64,000 bases of DNA from Chitinispirillales bacterium (GTDB taxonomy: Bacteria; Fibrobacterota; Chitinivibrionia; Chitinivibrionales; Chitinispirillaceae). Of the stretch, positions 1-8,800 are shown in pieces. The translations under genes and the position numbers were made by a program. The DNA is taken from NCBI GenBank assembly GCA_031281485.1, contig JAITFI010000101.1:2373-66372 (forward strand), given 5' to 3'. The notes under the pieces are model-generated. The model did no database searches, was not told the origin of the DNA, and saw only the letters and a program-made list of their open reading frames with translations. Position 1 is the first letter of the stretch; each line of letters begins with the position of its first letter.

Positions 1-114
1 TGAATGCTTGCGCTTGTTCTTTGTCGTTTCGTAGTTGCGCTGTTTGCACGATGTGCACTCCAGTGTGATTCTTTCTCTGGGCATGATTTACATCCTATCT
101 TTTAAAAATCATTA

Positions 115-146
115 AAGTCAAAAGAGGGGCGGGCTGACCCCGCCCC
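115..146 (-). terminator. Rho-independent terminator downstream of tuf
   Basis: GC hairpin GGGGCGGG/CCCGCCCC (126-133 / 139-146). On the minus strand it is followed by TCTTTTGAC, about 20 nt after the tuf stop. Confidence 0.6.
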
Positions 147-164
147 TACAGTATCAACACATTG

Positions 165-1373
165 CTATTCTATAATAGCGGTAACGACACCCGAACCTAC
201 GGTTCTGCCGCCCTCGCGGATGGCGAAACGCATGGATTTCTCCATGGCCACGGGGGCTATCAACTCTACTTCTATCTGGGCATTGTCGCCGGGCATTATC
301 ATCTCCACGCCCTCGGCCAGCTTGATCGTTCCCGTAACGTCCGTGGTACGGAAATAGAACTGGGGTCTGTAGTTGCTGAAGAACGGGGTGTGGCGGCCGC
401 CCTCGTCCTTGGAGAGCACTACCACCTCGGCCTTGAACTTCTTGTGCGGGGTGATGGTGCCGGGCTTGGCCAAAACCATACCGCGCTCGATGTCGTTCTT
501 GTCGACGCCGCGCAACAGGGTTCCGATGTTGTCGCCGGCCTCGGCCTTGTCGAGCAGTTTGCGGAACATCTCGACGCCGGTTACGACCGACTTGCGGCTG
601 TCGCGCAGACCTACCAGCTCGACCTCGTCGCCGACTTTGACGGTCCCGCGCTCCACGCGGCCGGTGGCCACGGTGCCGCGCCCGGTGATTGAGAAGACGT
701 CTTCAACGGACATCAGGAAGGGCTTGTCCACTTCGCGCGTGGGGGTGGGCACATAGGTGTCCACTGCCTCCATGAGCTTGAAGATGCAATCGGCCTTAGC
801 GGGGTCTTCGGGGTTTGTAAGGGCCCCGATGGCGCTGCCGCGTATGATGGGCGTATCGTCGCCCGGGAAGTCGTATTTGCTGAGGAGCTCGCGCACTTCG
901 AGTTCTACGAGCTCAAGGAGTTCGGGATCGTCCACGACGTCCACCTTATTAAGGAATACGACGATGTAGGGGACGCCCACCTGACGGGCGAGCAGGATGT
1001 GCTCGCGGGTCTGCGGCATGGGGCCGTCGGCGGCGCTGACGACGAGTATGGCTCCGTCCATCTGGGCGGCGCCGGTGATCATGTTTTTGACGTAGTCGGC
1101 GTGTCCCGGACAGTCGACGTGCGCGTAGTGGCGCTTCTCCGTCGAGTATTCGACGTGCGACGTGGCGATCGTCAGGATCTTCGTATCGTCGCGACGACCC
1201 TGCGACTCGGAGGCTTTGGCGACCTCGTCGTATGCGACGTATTTGGAGAGACCCTTGGTCGCCATGACGCGCGTGATGGCGGCCGTGAGGGTGGTTTTTC
1301 CGTGGTCAACGTGCCCGATGGTACCGACGTTTACGTGGGGCTTGCCGCCGCGATCAAATTTTTCCTTTGACAT
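165..1373 (-). CDS. tuf: Elongation factor Tu
   Basis: 402-aa ORF with [17 protein letters not shown] and NKVD GTPase motifs and full-length EF-Tu character. It is preceded by the Thr-Tyr-Gly-Thr tRNA cluster, as in the thrU-tyrU-glyT-thrT-tufB arrangement. Confidence 0.98.
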   Translation of the reverse strand: MSKEKFDRGGKPHVNVGTIGHVDHGKTTLTAAITRVMATKGLSKYVAYDEVAKASESQGRRDDTKILTIATSHVEYSTEKRHYAHVDCPGHADYVKNMITGAAQMDGAILVVSAADGPMPQTREHILLARQVGVPYIVVFLNKVDVVDDPELLELVELEVRELLSKYDFPGDDTPIIRGSAIGALTNPEDPAKADCIFKLMEAVDTYVPTPTREVDKPFLMSVEDVFSITGRGTVATGRVERGTVKVGDEVELVGLRDSRKSVVTGVEMFRKLLDKAEAGDNIGTLLRGVDKNDIERGMVLAKPGTITPHKKFKAEVVVLSKDEGGRHTPFFSNYRPQFYFRTTDVTGTIKLAEGVEMIMPGDNAQIEVELIAPVAMEKSMRFAIREGGRTVGSGVVTAIIE

Positions 1374-1428
1374 TGAGACCTCTCAGGATATTGGGTGAAT
1401 ATTTTTATTTTATTATTGTACAAAAAAA

Positions 1429-1502
1429 AGCCCACGACGGGGCTCGAACCCGTGAACCTCATCCTTACCAAGGATGTGCTCTACCAACTGAGCTACATGG
1501 GC
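1429..1502 (-). tRNA. tRNA-Thr (anticodon GGU)
   Basis: Manual cloverleaf on the minus strand: acceptor GCCCATG/CGTGGGC, D arm GCTC-AGTTGGTA-GAGC, anticodon stem CATCC/GGATG with loop TTGGTAA, T arm ACGGG-TTCGAGC-CCCGT. CCA is not encoded. Confidence 0.9.
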
Positions 1503-1517
1503 GGCTTGTAATCCAAG

Positions 1518-1590
1518 AGCGGGCAATGAGACTCGAACTCACAACGTCCACCTTGGAAGGGTGGAGCTCTACCAATTGAGCTATACCCGC
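1518..1590 (-). tRNA. tRNA-Gly (anticodon UCC)
   Basis: Manual cloverleaf: acceptor GCGGGTA/TGCCCGC, anticodon stem CCACC/GGTGG with loop CTTCCAA, T arm GTGAG-TTCGAGT-CTCAT. Confidence 0.9.
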
Positions 1591-1608
1591 AAAACATATA
1601 AATTTATA

Positions 1609-1691
1609 TGGGCAGGGGTGGTTTCGAACCACCGTAGGCCGGAGCCAATGGATTTACAGTCCATCCCCTTTAGCCACTCGGGCACCTACCC
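1609..1691 (-). tRNA. tRNA-Tyr (anticodon GUA), class II with long variable arm
   Basis: Manual fold: acceptor GGGTAGG/CCTGCCC, anticodon stem ATGGA/TCCAT with loop CTGTAAA, long variable arm, T arm GGTGG-TTCGAAA-CCACC. Confidence 0.9.
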
Positions 1692-1714
1692 TAAGACCCT
1701 AAAATTCTATCCCA

Positions 1715-1787
1715 AGCCGGTAGAGGGACTCAAACCCCCGACCATTCGATTACAAGTCGAACGCTCTATCAACTGAGCTATACCGGC
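1715..1787 (-). tRNA. tRNA-Thr (anticodon UGU)
   Basis: Manual fold: acceptor GCCGGTA/TACCGGC, anticodon stem TTCGA/TCGAA with loop CTTGTAA, T arm GGGGG-TTTGAGT-CCCTC. Confidence 0.9.
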
Positions 1788-1870
1788 GAAAAAACGCTTT
1801 TTTGGACAAAGTTTGATTAAAATAATATTTGGTAACGGTAAAGTCAAAAAAATTTTAAATTTTTTTTAAG

Positions 1871-1925
1871 GGGAGGGCTTCGCCCTCCCTCGCTCCAACC
1901 AAAAATGGGCTTCGCCCATTTTTGG
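1871..1925 (-). terminator. Two adjacent GC hairpins between clpP and the tRNA operon (probable terminator)
   Basis: GGGAGGGC-ttc-GCCCTCCC (1871-1889) and CCAAAAATGGGC-ttc-GCCCATTTTTGG (1899-1925). An A/T-rich run flanks them. Confidence 0.45.
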
Positions 1926-2096
1926 TTTCCGCTACCCACCCTGCGGGGACACCCCGCAACGCCCCGCCAGATACCCCCCCACTTTCAATATCTCCCCCTC
2001 AACTAGGGGGAGATACTTTTGTAAACATGCGCCGCTTCGCGTCGCAAAATCAAAAACATCTGCGCGGTGTCTGCCACAAATCCGGCATTAGGGCAT

Positions 2097-2681
2097 TTAC
2101 TTCGTTACCTTGTCTACTATCCCGTACTCTTGGGCCTCGTCGGCCGACATGAAGTAGTCCCGGTCGGTGTCCTCCGTGATCTTTTGCAGCGTCTGGCCTG
2201 TGTGCGCGGCGAGTATCTTGTTCAGGTTCTCCCGGGTGCGGAGCATCTCTTCAGCTTGGATTTGGATGTCGCTGGCCGGCCCGTACATGTTGCCGGAGAT
2301 CAGCGGCTGATGGATAAGCACCCGCGCGTGCTCCCAGGCAAACCGCTTGCCCTTGGCGCCCGCGCATAGGAGCACGGCGCCCATGCTGGCAGCCTGCCCC
2401 ATAACTACTGTAGATACGTCGCTCTTGGCGCGGCACATGGCGTCATAGATCGCGAGACCGGAGGAGATAACGCCTCCCGGACTATTTATATAGAGAGTAA
2501 TGTCTTCGCTGCTCACACCGTCGAGGAATAGGATCTTCTTCACGATCTCCTCGGCGGACTCGTCGCAGACCTCGCCCCAAAGGAATACCTTGCGGCGGTT
2601 TAAAAACTGCTCCTCCATCTCGGCGCCTACTATGGCGGCGCGCATAGAAGATAAGAAGTCGGGGTCTCTGGATCTGCTCAT
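2097..2681 (-). CDS. clpP: ATP-dependent Clp protease proteolytic subunit
   Basis: 194 aa. INSPGG motif, catalytic Ser in GQAASMGA, His in LIHQP, Asp in DRDYFMSA. Confidence 0.9.
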   Translation of the reverse strand: MSRSRDPDFLSSMRAAIVGAEMEEQFLNRRKVFLWGEVCDESAEEIVKKILFLDGVSSEDITLYINSPGGVISSGLAIYDAMCRAKSDVSTVVMGQAASMGAVLLCAGAKGKRFAWEHARVLIHQPLISGNMYGPASDIQIQAEEMLRTRENLNKILAAHTGQTLQKITEDTDRDYFMSADEAQEYGIVDKVTK

Positions 2682-2855
2682 ATTTATCTTTGGTTACCGT
2701 TAAAATCCTTAATTTTTCAGACGAATCTATAAATATAATACTTTGGACCGGGGCGGCGCAATATTTTTTTTATTTTTTTTTCCGTTACCCCACAAATACC
2801 CACCAAAAAGTATGGATTCAACGTTATTTAGAATCGACAAAATAGCGATCCGATC

Positions 2856-3038
2856 TCATGCCGCCCTCGCGACCGCCTTCTTCAACGACGCCGGCAACGC
2901 CGACGACCGCTTCTTCACAGGCTTCGCCGCCGCCGACACCTTCTTGACCGCTTTCTTCGCCGGCTTAACCGCCGCAACCGCCTTTACCGCTTTCTTGGCG
3001 GACTTTATAGAATATCCCTTGACTCCCAAGCCGCCCAT
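2856..3038 (-). CDS. Small lysine/alanine-rich basic protein (histone H1-like / AlgP-like repeats)
   Basis: ORF with KKAVKAVAAVKPAKKAVKKVSAAAKPVKK repeats. The start is ambiguous: ATG at 3038 or TTG at 3056. No clear SD. Confidence 0.5.
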   Translation of the reverse strand: MGGLGVKGYSIKSAKKAVKAVAAVKPAKKAVKKVSAAAKPVKKRSSALPASLKKAVARAA

Positions 3039-3223
3039 ATAGTATATTGATACCAACCGCCCGCCGTCGCCACGCCGTACCTATATTACCCTCGGTCTCT
3101 CGGTTGAGGTGGCTCAGTTTTTTAGACTGTTTTTGTGATCATTTTAAGGTGGTTCCTATGTGTTAATGTTTAGTTGATTTTATCAGTTATCTTTTACTTT
3201 TAACTTATTAAGAAAACAGTCAA

Positions 3224-3601
3224 ATGGAAATCGCATTAACGGTAATCATTGTAACTTCTTTCATCGGTATTATCGCCTGGATATCGGAGAGAAGAACCAA
3301 AAAGATTGAAGCGGAGATGGACGCGGATGATTTTGTCGTGCGCTGCGGGTTAGGAGACAAGGTTATAGTTCAAGGCAATCAGATAACGTCCACGACATTC
3401 TTCGGGAAAGAGCGGACATACGCTTTCGACTACATTACAACGGTAAAACGAAGATGTACGTACTGGACGAGAGACGTGGATACCATTGAAGCGTATCACG
3501 ACAATGAAAGACTCTTTCGCGTTACGTCTTTCTATCAATGCTTTAACCTATTGGCCGCGCGTTTGGAGAGCGAGGGATTTATTTATCAGGATTATAGATA
3601 A
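3224..3601 (+). CDS. Hypothetical protein with N-terminal transmembrane helix
   Basis: 125-aa ORF in an AT-rich stretch. Hydrophobic N-terminus (IALTVIIVTSFIGIIAWI). Weak RBS. Confidence 0.4.
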   Translation: MEIALTVIIVTSFIGIIAWISERRTKKIEAEMDADDFVVRCGLGDKVIVQGNQITSTTFFGKERTYAFDYITTVKRRCTYWTRDVDTIEAYHDNERLFRVTSFYQCFNLLAARLESEGFIYQDYR

Positions 3602-3631
3602 AATCCTTTAAAGATTTTGACTTTAATCTTT

Positions 3632-4729
3632 TTATGTCATCCACCGCCTATCCGATGTTCCCGATACTCCTTTTACGGCTAATTCGAAATCGTCGGGATT
3701 CGAGGCGCTCTGTTTTGCCACGTCTAACGAGATCAGTTCATCCTGATACATCTGCAGCAGTGACTGGTCAAACGATTGGGATCCATACTGTGTATGGCCC
3801 TCGCTTATGGCGGGGAGGATCAAATGGCTCTTCTCAGGGTTTAGGATGTATTCGGCCACGGCGGCGTGATTTATAAGTATCTCGCAGGCGGGGATTCGGC
3901 CCCTGCCGTCTATTCTGGGGAGCAAGCGCAACGATATGATCGCCACTAAAACGTTTGACAGCACCAATCGTATCTGGTCGTGTTGGTGGGGCGGGAAGAA
4001 TGAGATTATACGCGTTATGGTCTCGGTGGTGTTCATTGTGTGCAGGGTGCTCATCACCAAATGGCCGGTATCGGCGGCGCTCATTGCGGTTTCTATGGTT
4101 TCGCAGTCGCGCATTTCGCCTATCAGGATGATGTCGGGGTCTTGGCGGAAGCAGGCGCGCAGGGCGTTGTTGAAGGAGGGGGCGTCGGAGCCTATTTCCC
4201 TTTGCGCTATGATGCTGCGTTTGTCGCGGTGCAGGAACTCTATGGGGTCTTCTATGGTGACGATATTGACGGAGGTATTGGCGTTTATGTGGTCGATCAT
4301 GGAGGCAAGAAGGGTTGACTTGCCGCTTCCGGTGGTTCCGGTGACCAAGATCATGCCGCGTTTTTTCATCGCTATATCCATTATAACGCTGGGGAGGGCG
4401 AGTTCGGAGAAGTTGGGCACCTCGACTTTGATGGAGCGGACGGCCATCGCGGGGGTGCCGCGCTGGCGGAATGCGTTTATCCTGAAGCGTCCGACGCCCG
4501 GCAGTTTGGCGGCGAAGTCTATTTCGGAGTCGCGCTGAAACTTGTTGTACTGATCGGGGGTTAGGAGCGTACGGAGCATGGCGTCCATGTTCTCGAAAGA
4601 GATGGCCTCCGAACCCATCTTGAAGAGGTCGCCGTTGAGGCGCATAATCGGGACGACGCCGCAGCGCATGTGCAGGTCGGAGGCGTTTTGGTCTATCATC
4701 GCTTTTAGCAACGCGTGGATGTTTATCAT
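3632..4729 (-). CDS. pilT: Type IV pilus retraction ATPase PilT family
   Basis: 365 aa from MINIHALLKAMIDQNASDLH. Walker A GTTGSGKST, Asp box, TGHLVMSTLHT His box. The ATG overlaps the upstream stop as ATGA. The longer Arg-rich N-terminus in the ORF track was rejected. Confidence 0.9.
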   Translation of the reverse strand: MINIHALLKAMIDQNASDLHMRCGVVPIMRLNGDLFKMGSEAISFENMDAMLRTLLTPDQYNKFQRDSEIDFAAKLPGVGRFRINAFRQRGTPAMAVRSIKVEVPNFSELALPSVIMDIAMKKRGMILVTGTTGSGKSTLLASMIDHINANTSVNIVTIEDPIEFLHRDKRSIIAQREIGSDAPSFNNALRACFRQDPDIILIGEMRDCETIETAMSAADTGHLVMSTLHTMNTTETITRIISFFPPHQHDQIRLVLSNVLVAIISLRLLPRIDGRGRIPACEILINHAAVAEYILNPEKSHLILPAISEGHTQYGSQSFDQSLLQMYQDELISLDVAKQSASNPDDFELAVKGVSGTSDRRWMT

Positions 4730-5799
4730 AACGGCAGTTCCATGAGCTTTCTGGGCGAGTGTGTGATGGCCGTCGCGCCGCCCTTTTGCAAAACGACCAT
4801 ATCTTCGATGCGTACGCCGCCGAGTCCGGGTACGTAGACGCCCGGCTCTATGGTCACTACGCTGTTTTCCGGCAATACTGTCTCCACGCCCTTCGACAGA
4901 CGCGGCCTTTCGTGTATGCGGAGGCCGACGCCGTGGCCGGTTCCGTGGCCGAAGAGTTCGCCGTACCCGCTGTCGGCGATGGAGCTTCTGGCGACCGCGT
5001 CGAGATCGCAGCACTTCATTCCGGCGTGGGCTACGAGGCACGCGCAACGCTGGGCGCGCAACACGGCGTTGTACACCGCGCGCTGCTCCTCGGAGGCTTT
5101 GCCGTAGACAAAGGTTCGCGTCATGTCTGAGCAGAAACCGTCCACGGTGCAACCGAAGTCGATCAACACGAGATCGCCGTCGTGGAGCTTACGCTCCCCC
5201 GGATGTCCGTGCGGGAGGGCGCTGCGTTCTCCGAAGAGGACGATGGTGTCGAACGCCGGCTTCTCGGAGCCGAGTTCAGCGCAAAGCCCGTCGAGCGTCC
5301 GAGCGATGGAGGCTTCCGTGACGTGCCGTTTTATGTGCGGCAAGAGCGCTTTGAGCGCCTTTTCGCCGATACGCGCCGCCGCTTTAATGCTCTCGATCTC
5401 GCTTGGGAGCTTCCGCATAGCCACGTCGGCAACATCACCCGACAGGGGCAAAAGTTTTACGCCCGGCAGCGCTTTTTTAAGCTCTTCGTACTGGTCTACC
5501 GTCACCGCGTCGGACTGTATGCCCACGACGGAGAGCGGGCGCACTCTCTTGTTGAGATACCCGAAGCCTCCGCCCTCTATAAGCGTGAACCTCCACTTGC
5601 CCTTGCGGCAGAACTCCTGCGCCGCCGCCTTGTAGCGGAAGTCGGCGAATAGGTCGAGCTGCCGCGGCGCCACGAGCAGCGTAGCGCCGGTGGAGCGGAA
5701 CCCGCTGATGTAGAAGACGTCGGCAACGTCTGTAACGAGAGCGTGCGTGCACCCGCGCTCCGATATGATCTTGCGCACAGCCCTGATCCGGGAAGCCAT
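4726..5799 (-). CDS. M24B Xaa-Pro aminopeptidase/dipeptidase
   Basis: 357 aa from MASRIRAV. Metal-ligand motifs DFGCTVDGFCSDMTRTF, GHGTGHGVG and VVTIEPGVY..GGVRIED. Confidence 0.85.
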   Translation of the reverse strand: MASRIRAVRKIISERGCTHALVTDVADVFYISGFRSTGATLLVAPRQLDLFADFRYKAAAQEFCRKGKWRFTLIEGGGFGYLNKRVRPLSVVGIQSDAVTVDQYEELKKALPGVKLLPLSGDVADVAMRKLPSEIESIKAAARIGEKALKALLPHIKRHVTEASIARTLDGLCAELGSEKPAFDTIVLFGERSALPHGHPGERKLHDGDLVLIDFGCTVDGFCSDMTRTFVYGKASEEQRAVYNAVLRAQRCACLVAHAGMKCCDLDAVARSSIADSGYGELFGHGTGHGVGLRIHERPRLSKGVETVLPENSVVTIEPGVYVPGLGGVRIEDMVVLQKGGATAITHSPRKLMELPL

Positions 5800-5818
5800 A
5801 GTCCGAGCCGCCTCCGCC

Positions 5819-8800
5819 TCAAGGCTTCGGCTTGGCGCGCTTGCCGCCTTTTTTTGCGGGTGCGCTCTTTTTAATCCTGACTCCGGCCAACGGTCTGGAG
5901 TCTGTTGCGCGCCCTTCGGCTGCGGGCGCCTTTTTTTTTCGCCCGGAAGAGGCCGAAGGGGCCTTTTCCGGTCTGACCGCCGCAACCGCCGGCGCCGCTG
6001 TGCCACCCTCCCCGAGCTGTTGCAGCACCCCCTTTATCTCGGAAATCTTGGCCAAAAGCCGCTTGTCTTCAGGGTCGCGCAGCATCAGGCGCTCATATAT
6101 ATGCAACGCTAGCCGCGGCTGCCCCTGCTGATAGTATATGTCCGCGAGCGTGGACGTCAGCACGTGGTCGGGAAGATCGAACGGCGTGTCGCGCTCGTCG
6201 GGCCCTATAGCCCCCGCGCCGCCCGAAACCTCGCCGCCACCGCCGGAGTGAGCAACGCTCAAAACGTCAGCTCCGCCTGCATCATCAAGCGAATCAAGAC
6301 CGGAACCAAGGCGAGGTTCCGGATCAGCCCCTTCCGTCATGAAGAGCTGCCGCAATCTGTCCTCTATGTCGTCTTCCGCGCCGACCGATGGATCGGAAGC
6401 ACCTTTATCAGTAAATTTACCGGCGCGAATTTCGTCGTCCATATCTTTATACTTGCCGACGGCGAGAATTTCATCATCCATATCCTTAATCTTGCCGGCG
6501 GCGAGAATCTCGTCGTCCATATCTTTAAATTTGCCGGCAGCGAGAATCTCATCGCCCATATCCTTAATCTTGCCGGCGGCGAGAATCTCGTCGTCCATAT
6601 CTTTAAACTTGCCGGAAGCGAGAATCTCGTCGTCCATATCTTTAAACTTGCCGGCGGCGAGAATCTCGTCGTCCATATCATTAATCTTGCCGGCGGCGAG
6701 AATCTCGTCGTCCATATCATTAATCTTGCCGGCGGCGAGAATCTCATCGTCCATATCCTTAAACTTGCCGGCATCAATAACGCTATCCGTACCGGCAATG
6801 CCATCAATATTAATAACATCGCCGATACCGAGCAAGTCTTCAACCGGTTCGACAACTTGATCCTCACCAACAAATTCGCTTATATCAACAACACTATCAG
6901 TATCAATAACATTATTCGTATCATCAACAGTATCAATTATATTACTTATATCAACAACACCATCAACAACCGTATCAGTAACAGGAACAGGAACATTATC
7001 CGTATCAATAACACTGTTATCAACAGTATCACTTATATTACTTATATCAATAACACCATCAATAACAGTACCACTAGCATCATCCGTATCGCTAAGAATA
7101 TCAACCTCGCCCGTCTTTTTGACACCGACAAAGTTTTCCATATCAAAAACATCAACAACTGCGTTCGGATCAACCTCATTGCTTGCGTTCACGACATCTT
7201 GTATGCTGACGACGTCGTCCGTAATATCCGGTTCCATACCGATAGCGTTATCAACCTCGTCCGTCTTTTCAATACCCAAAAGTTCATTCATATCAACAAC
7301 TTCAACAACCCCGTCCGCGCCGACCGCGTTATCGGCGCTGACGACATCTTCTATCTGAACTACGTCGCCGACGCCGAGCAAATCTTCAGCTGTATCAACT
7401 GCGCCAACGGTATTATCCGTATCATCAGGCGTCAGATCATTTTGACTCTGCTCAATGACCGTTTCCGGCGGCTCCGGTGATTGAGCTAAATTTAAGCCAT
7501 CCACACTATCGACCTCAACAATCCCGTCGGCGCCCACCGCGTCATCGGCGCTGACGAGATCGTCTACATTAACAACGCCATCCGCGCTAATCACGCTATC
7601 CGTATCAATGCCGTCAACGGCGGTATCGGTACCAATTACCACGTCAGCATCATAAGCGCCGTCAACTTTATCAACACCGTCGATATCAACTCCCATAACC
7701 TCTTCAAGCGCCATAGCCGTGGTAGTATCCGACTCATCCCCTCCAAACATCTCCGCCAGCCGCGCTTCCACATCGTCGCCTGTCATATCCGCCCCGTCTA
7801 TCTCACCTGCCGCCGAAGCGTCAACCGGAATGCTGTCTGTAGGCGCCTCGGTAGTTTTTGCGGCCTCCGTTTCGGCTTTGGCTTTTGCTTCGTCTTCGTC
7901 TATGACCAACGGTTCCTTTGGCATGGACGGATCGGATTTGCCGAACATTGTGTCTATGCGGTCTTCGATATCGTCCGATGTAGGCGCCGCCATTGCGATG
8001 TCGACGCCGTTTTCGTCGAGTATTATGGAGGATGGGAGTTTTCCCGCTGTTTTCGCGTCGGTGTCGGTATCGGGCGGCGCGGCCTCGTCCGCGGGAGCGG
8101 CGTCGTTCCCGTCAACGACCAGCGCCGGTTCATCGGGTATATCCGGCGGCGGCGCGGCGGCGGCGTCAAACATGGCGCTCAGCCGGTTCTCTACGTCGTC
8201 ACCGGAGACCGACGTTTGCTCCGCTTCAAGAGCGGCGGCGAGGGCGGCCTCGTCCGCCTCTTCGGAAGATGCCTGAAGGTCAGCCGGCGGCGTTGCGGTC
8301 TCCGCCTCGAGGGCGGCGGAGAGGGCGGCCTCGTCCGCTTCGGCGGCCGCCGGGGCGGTTCCGAACATGACGTCGAGTTTGTTCTCGATGTCGTCGCCGG
8401 AGATCTCCGCCATTGCGGCGTCAATTTCCGGGGACGCCGGCAGGTCAAGCTCTTTAGTCGCGTCGTCCGCTATATTTAGGTCTTGGGCCGCGCCGGCCAT
8501 ATCTTCGGGCACGGCCGCGGGCGGCAGCGTGCCGCCGAAGAGCGCGTCTAAGCGGTCGGCCACCGCGTTGCCGCTCGGTACATCTTCTCCGAGGGCGGCG
8601 GAGGTATCGCCCGCCGGCATGGCCGCCGGCGGCAGGACCGTCTGTCCGCCGAAGAGTTCGTCGAGCTGGTCGACCACGGCGTTGCCGCTCGGGGCCATAG
8701 GGCTGAGATCTACCGAAGCGGAGTCCGGTATGTCGTCGGCGGATAGGACGGACTGGCCCCCGAAGAGTTCGTCGAGCTGGTCGGCCTCGGCTTCGCCGCT

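Noticed and set aside
162-1398. Several plus-strand ORFs (162-692, 373-756, 999-1370 and others) overlapping tuf
   Set aside because: They are antisense shadow ORFs of a GC-rich, highly conserved gene. Their translations are Arg/Ala/Gly-rich nonsense with no SD.
4730-5152. N-terminal 141-aa extension of the pilT ORF (506-aa version)
   Set aside because: The extension is extremely Arg-rich and lies entirely inside the peptidase gene in another frame. The internal ATG at 4729 gives a normal-length PilT and an ATGA overlap with the upstream stop.
5800-6006. N-terminal 69-aa extension of the peptidase ORF (426-aa version)
   Set aside because: It overlaps the 3' end of the giant gene and is an Arg/Pro/Lys-rich low-complexity read-through. 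MASRIRAV at 5799 gives the usual ~357-aa M24B length.
6411-6772. Possible CRISPR array, because of regularly spaced repeats
   Set aside because: The units are directly adjacent with no unique spacers, are in frame inside a long ORF, and no cas genes are nearby. This is a coding tandem repeat.
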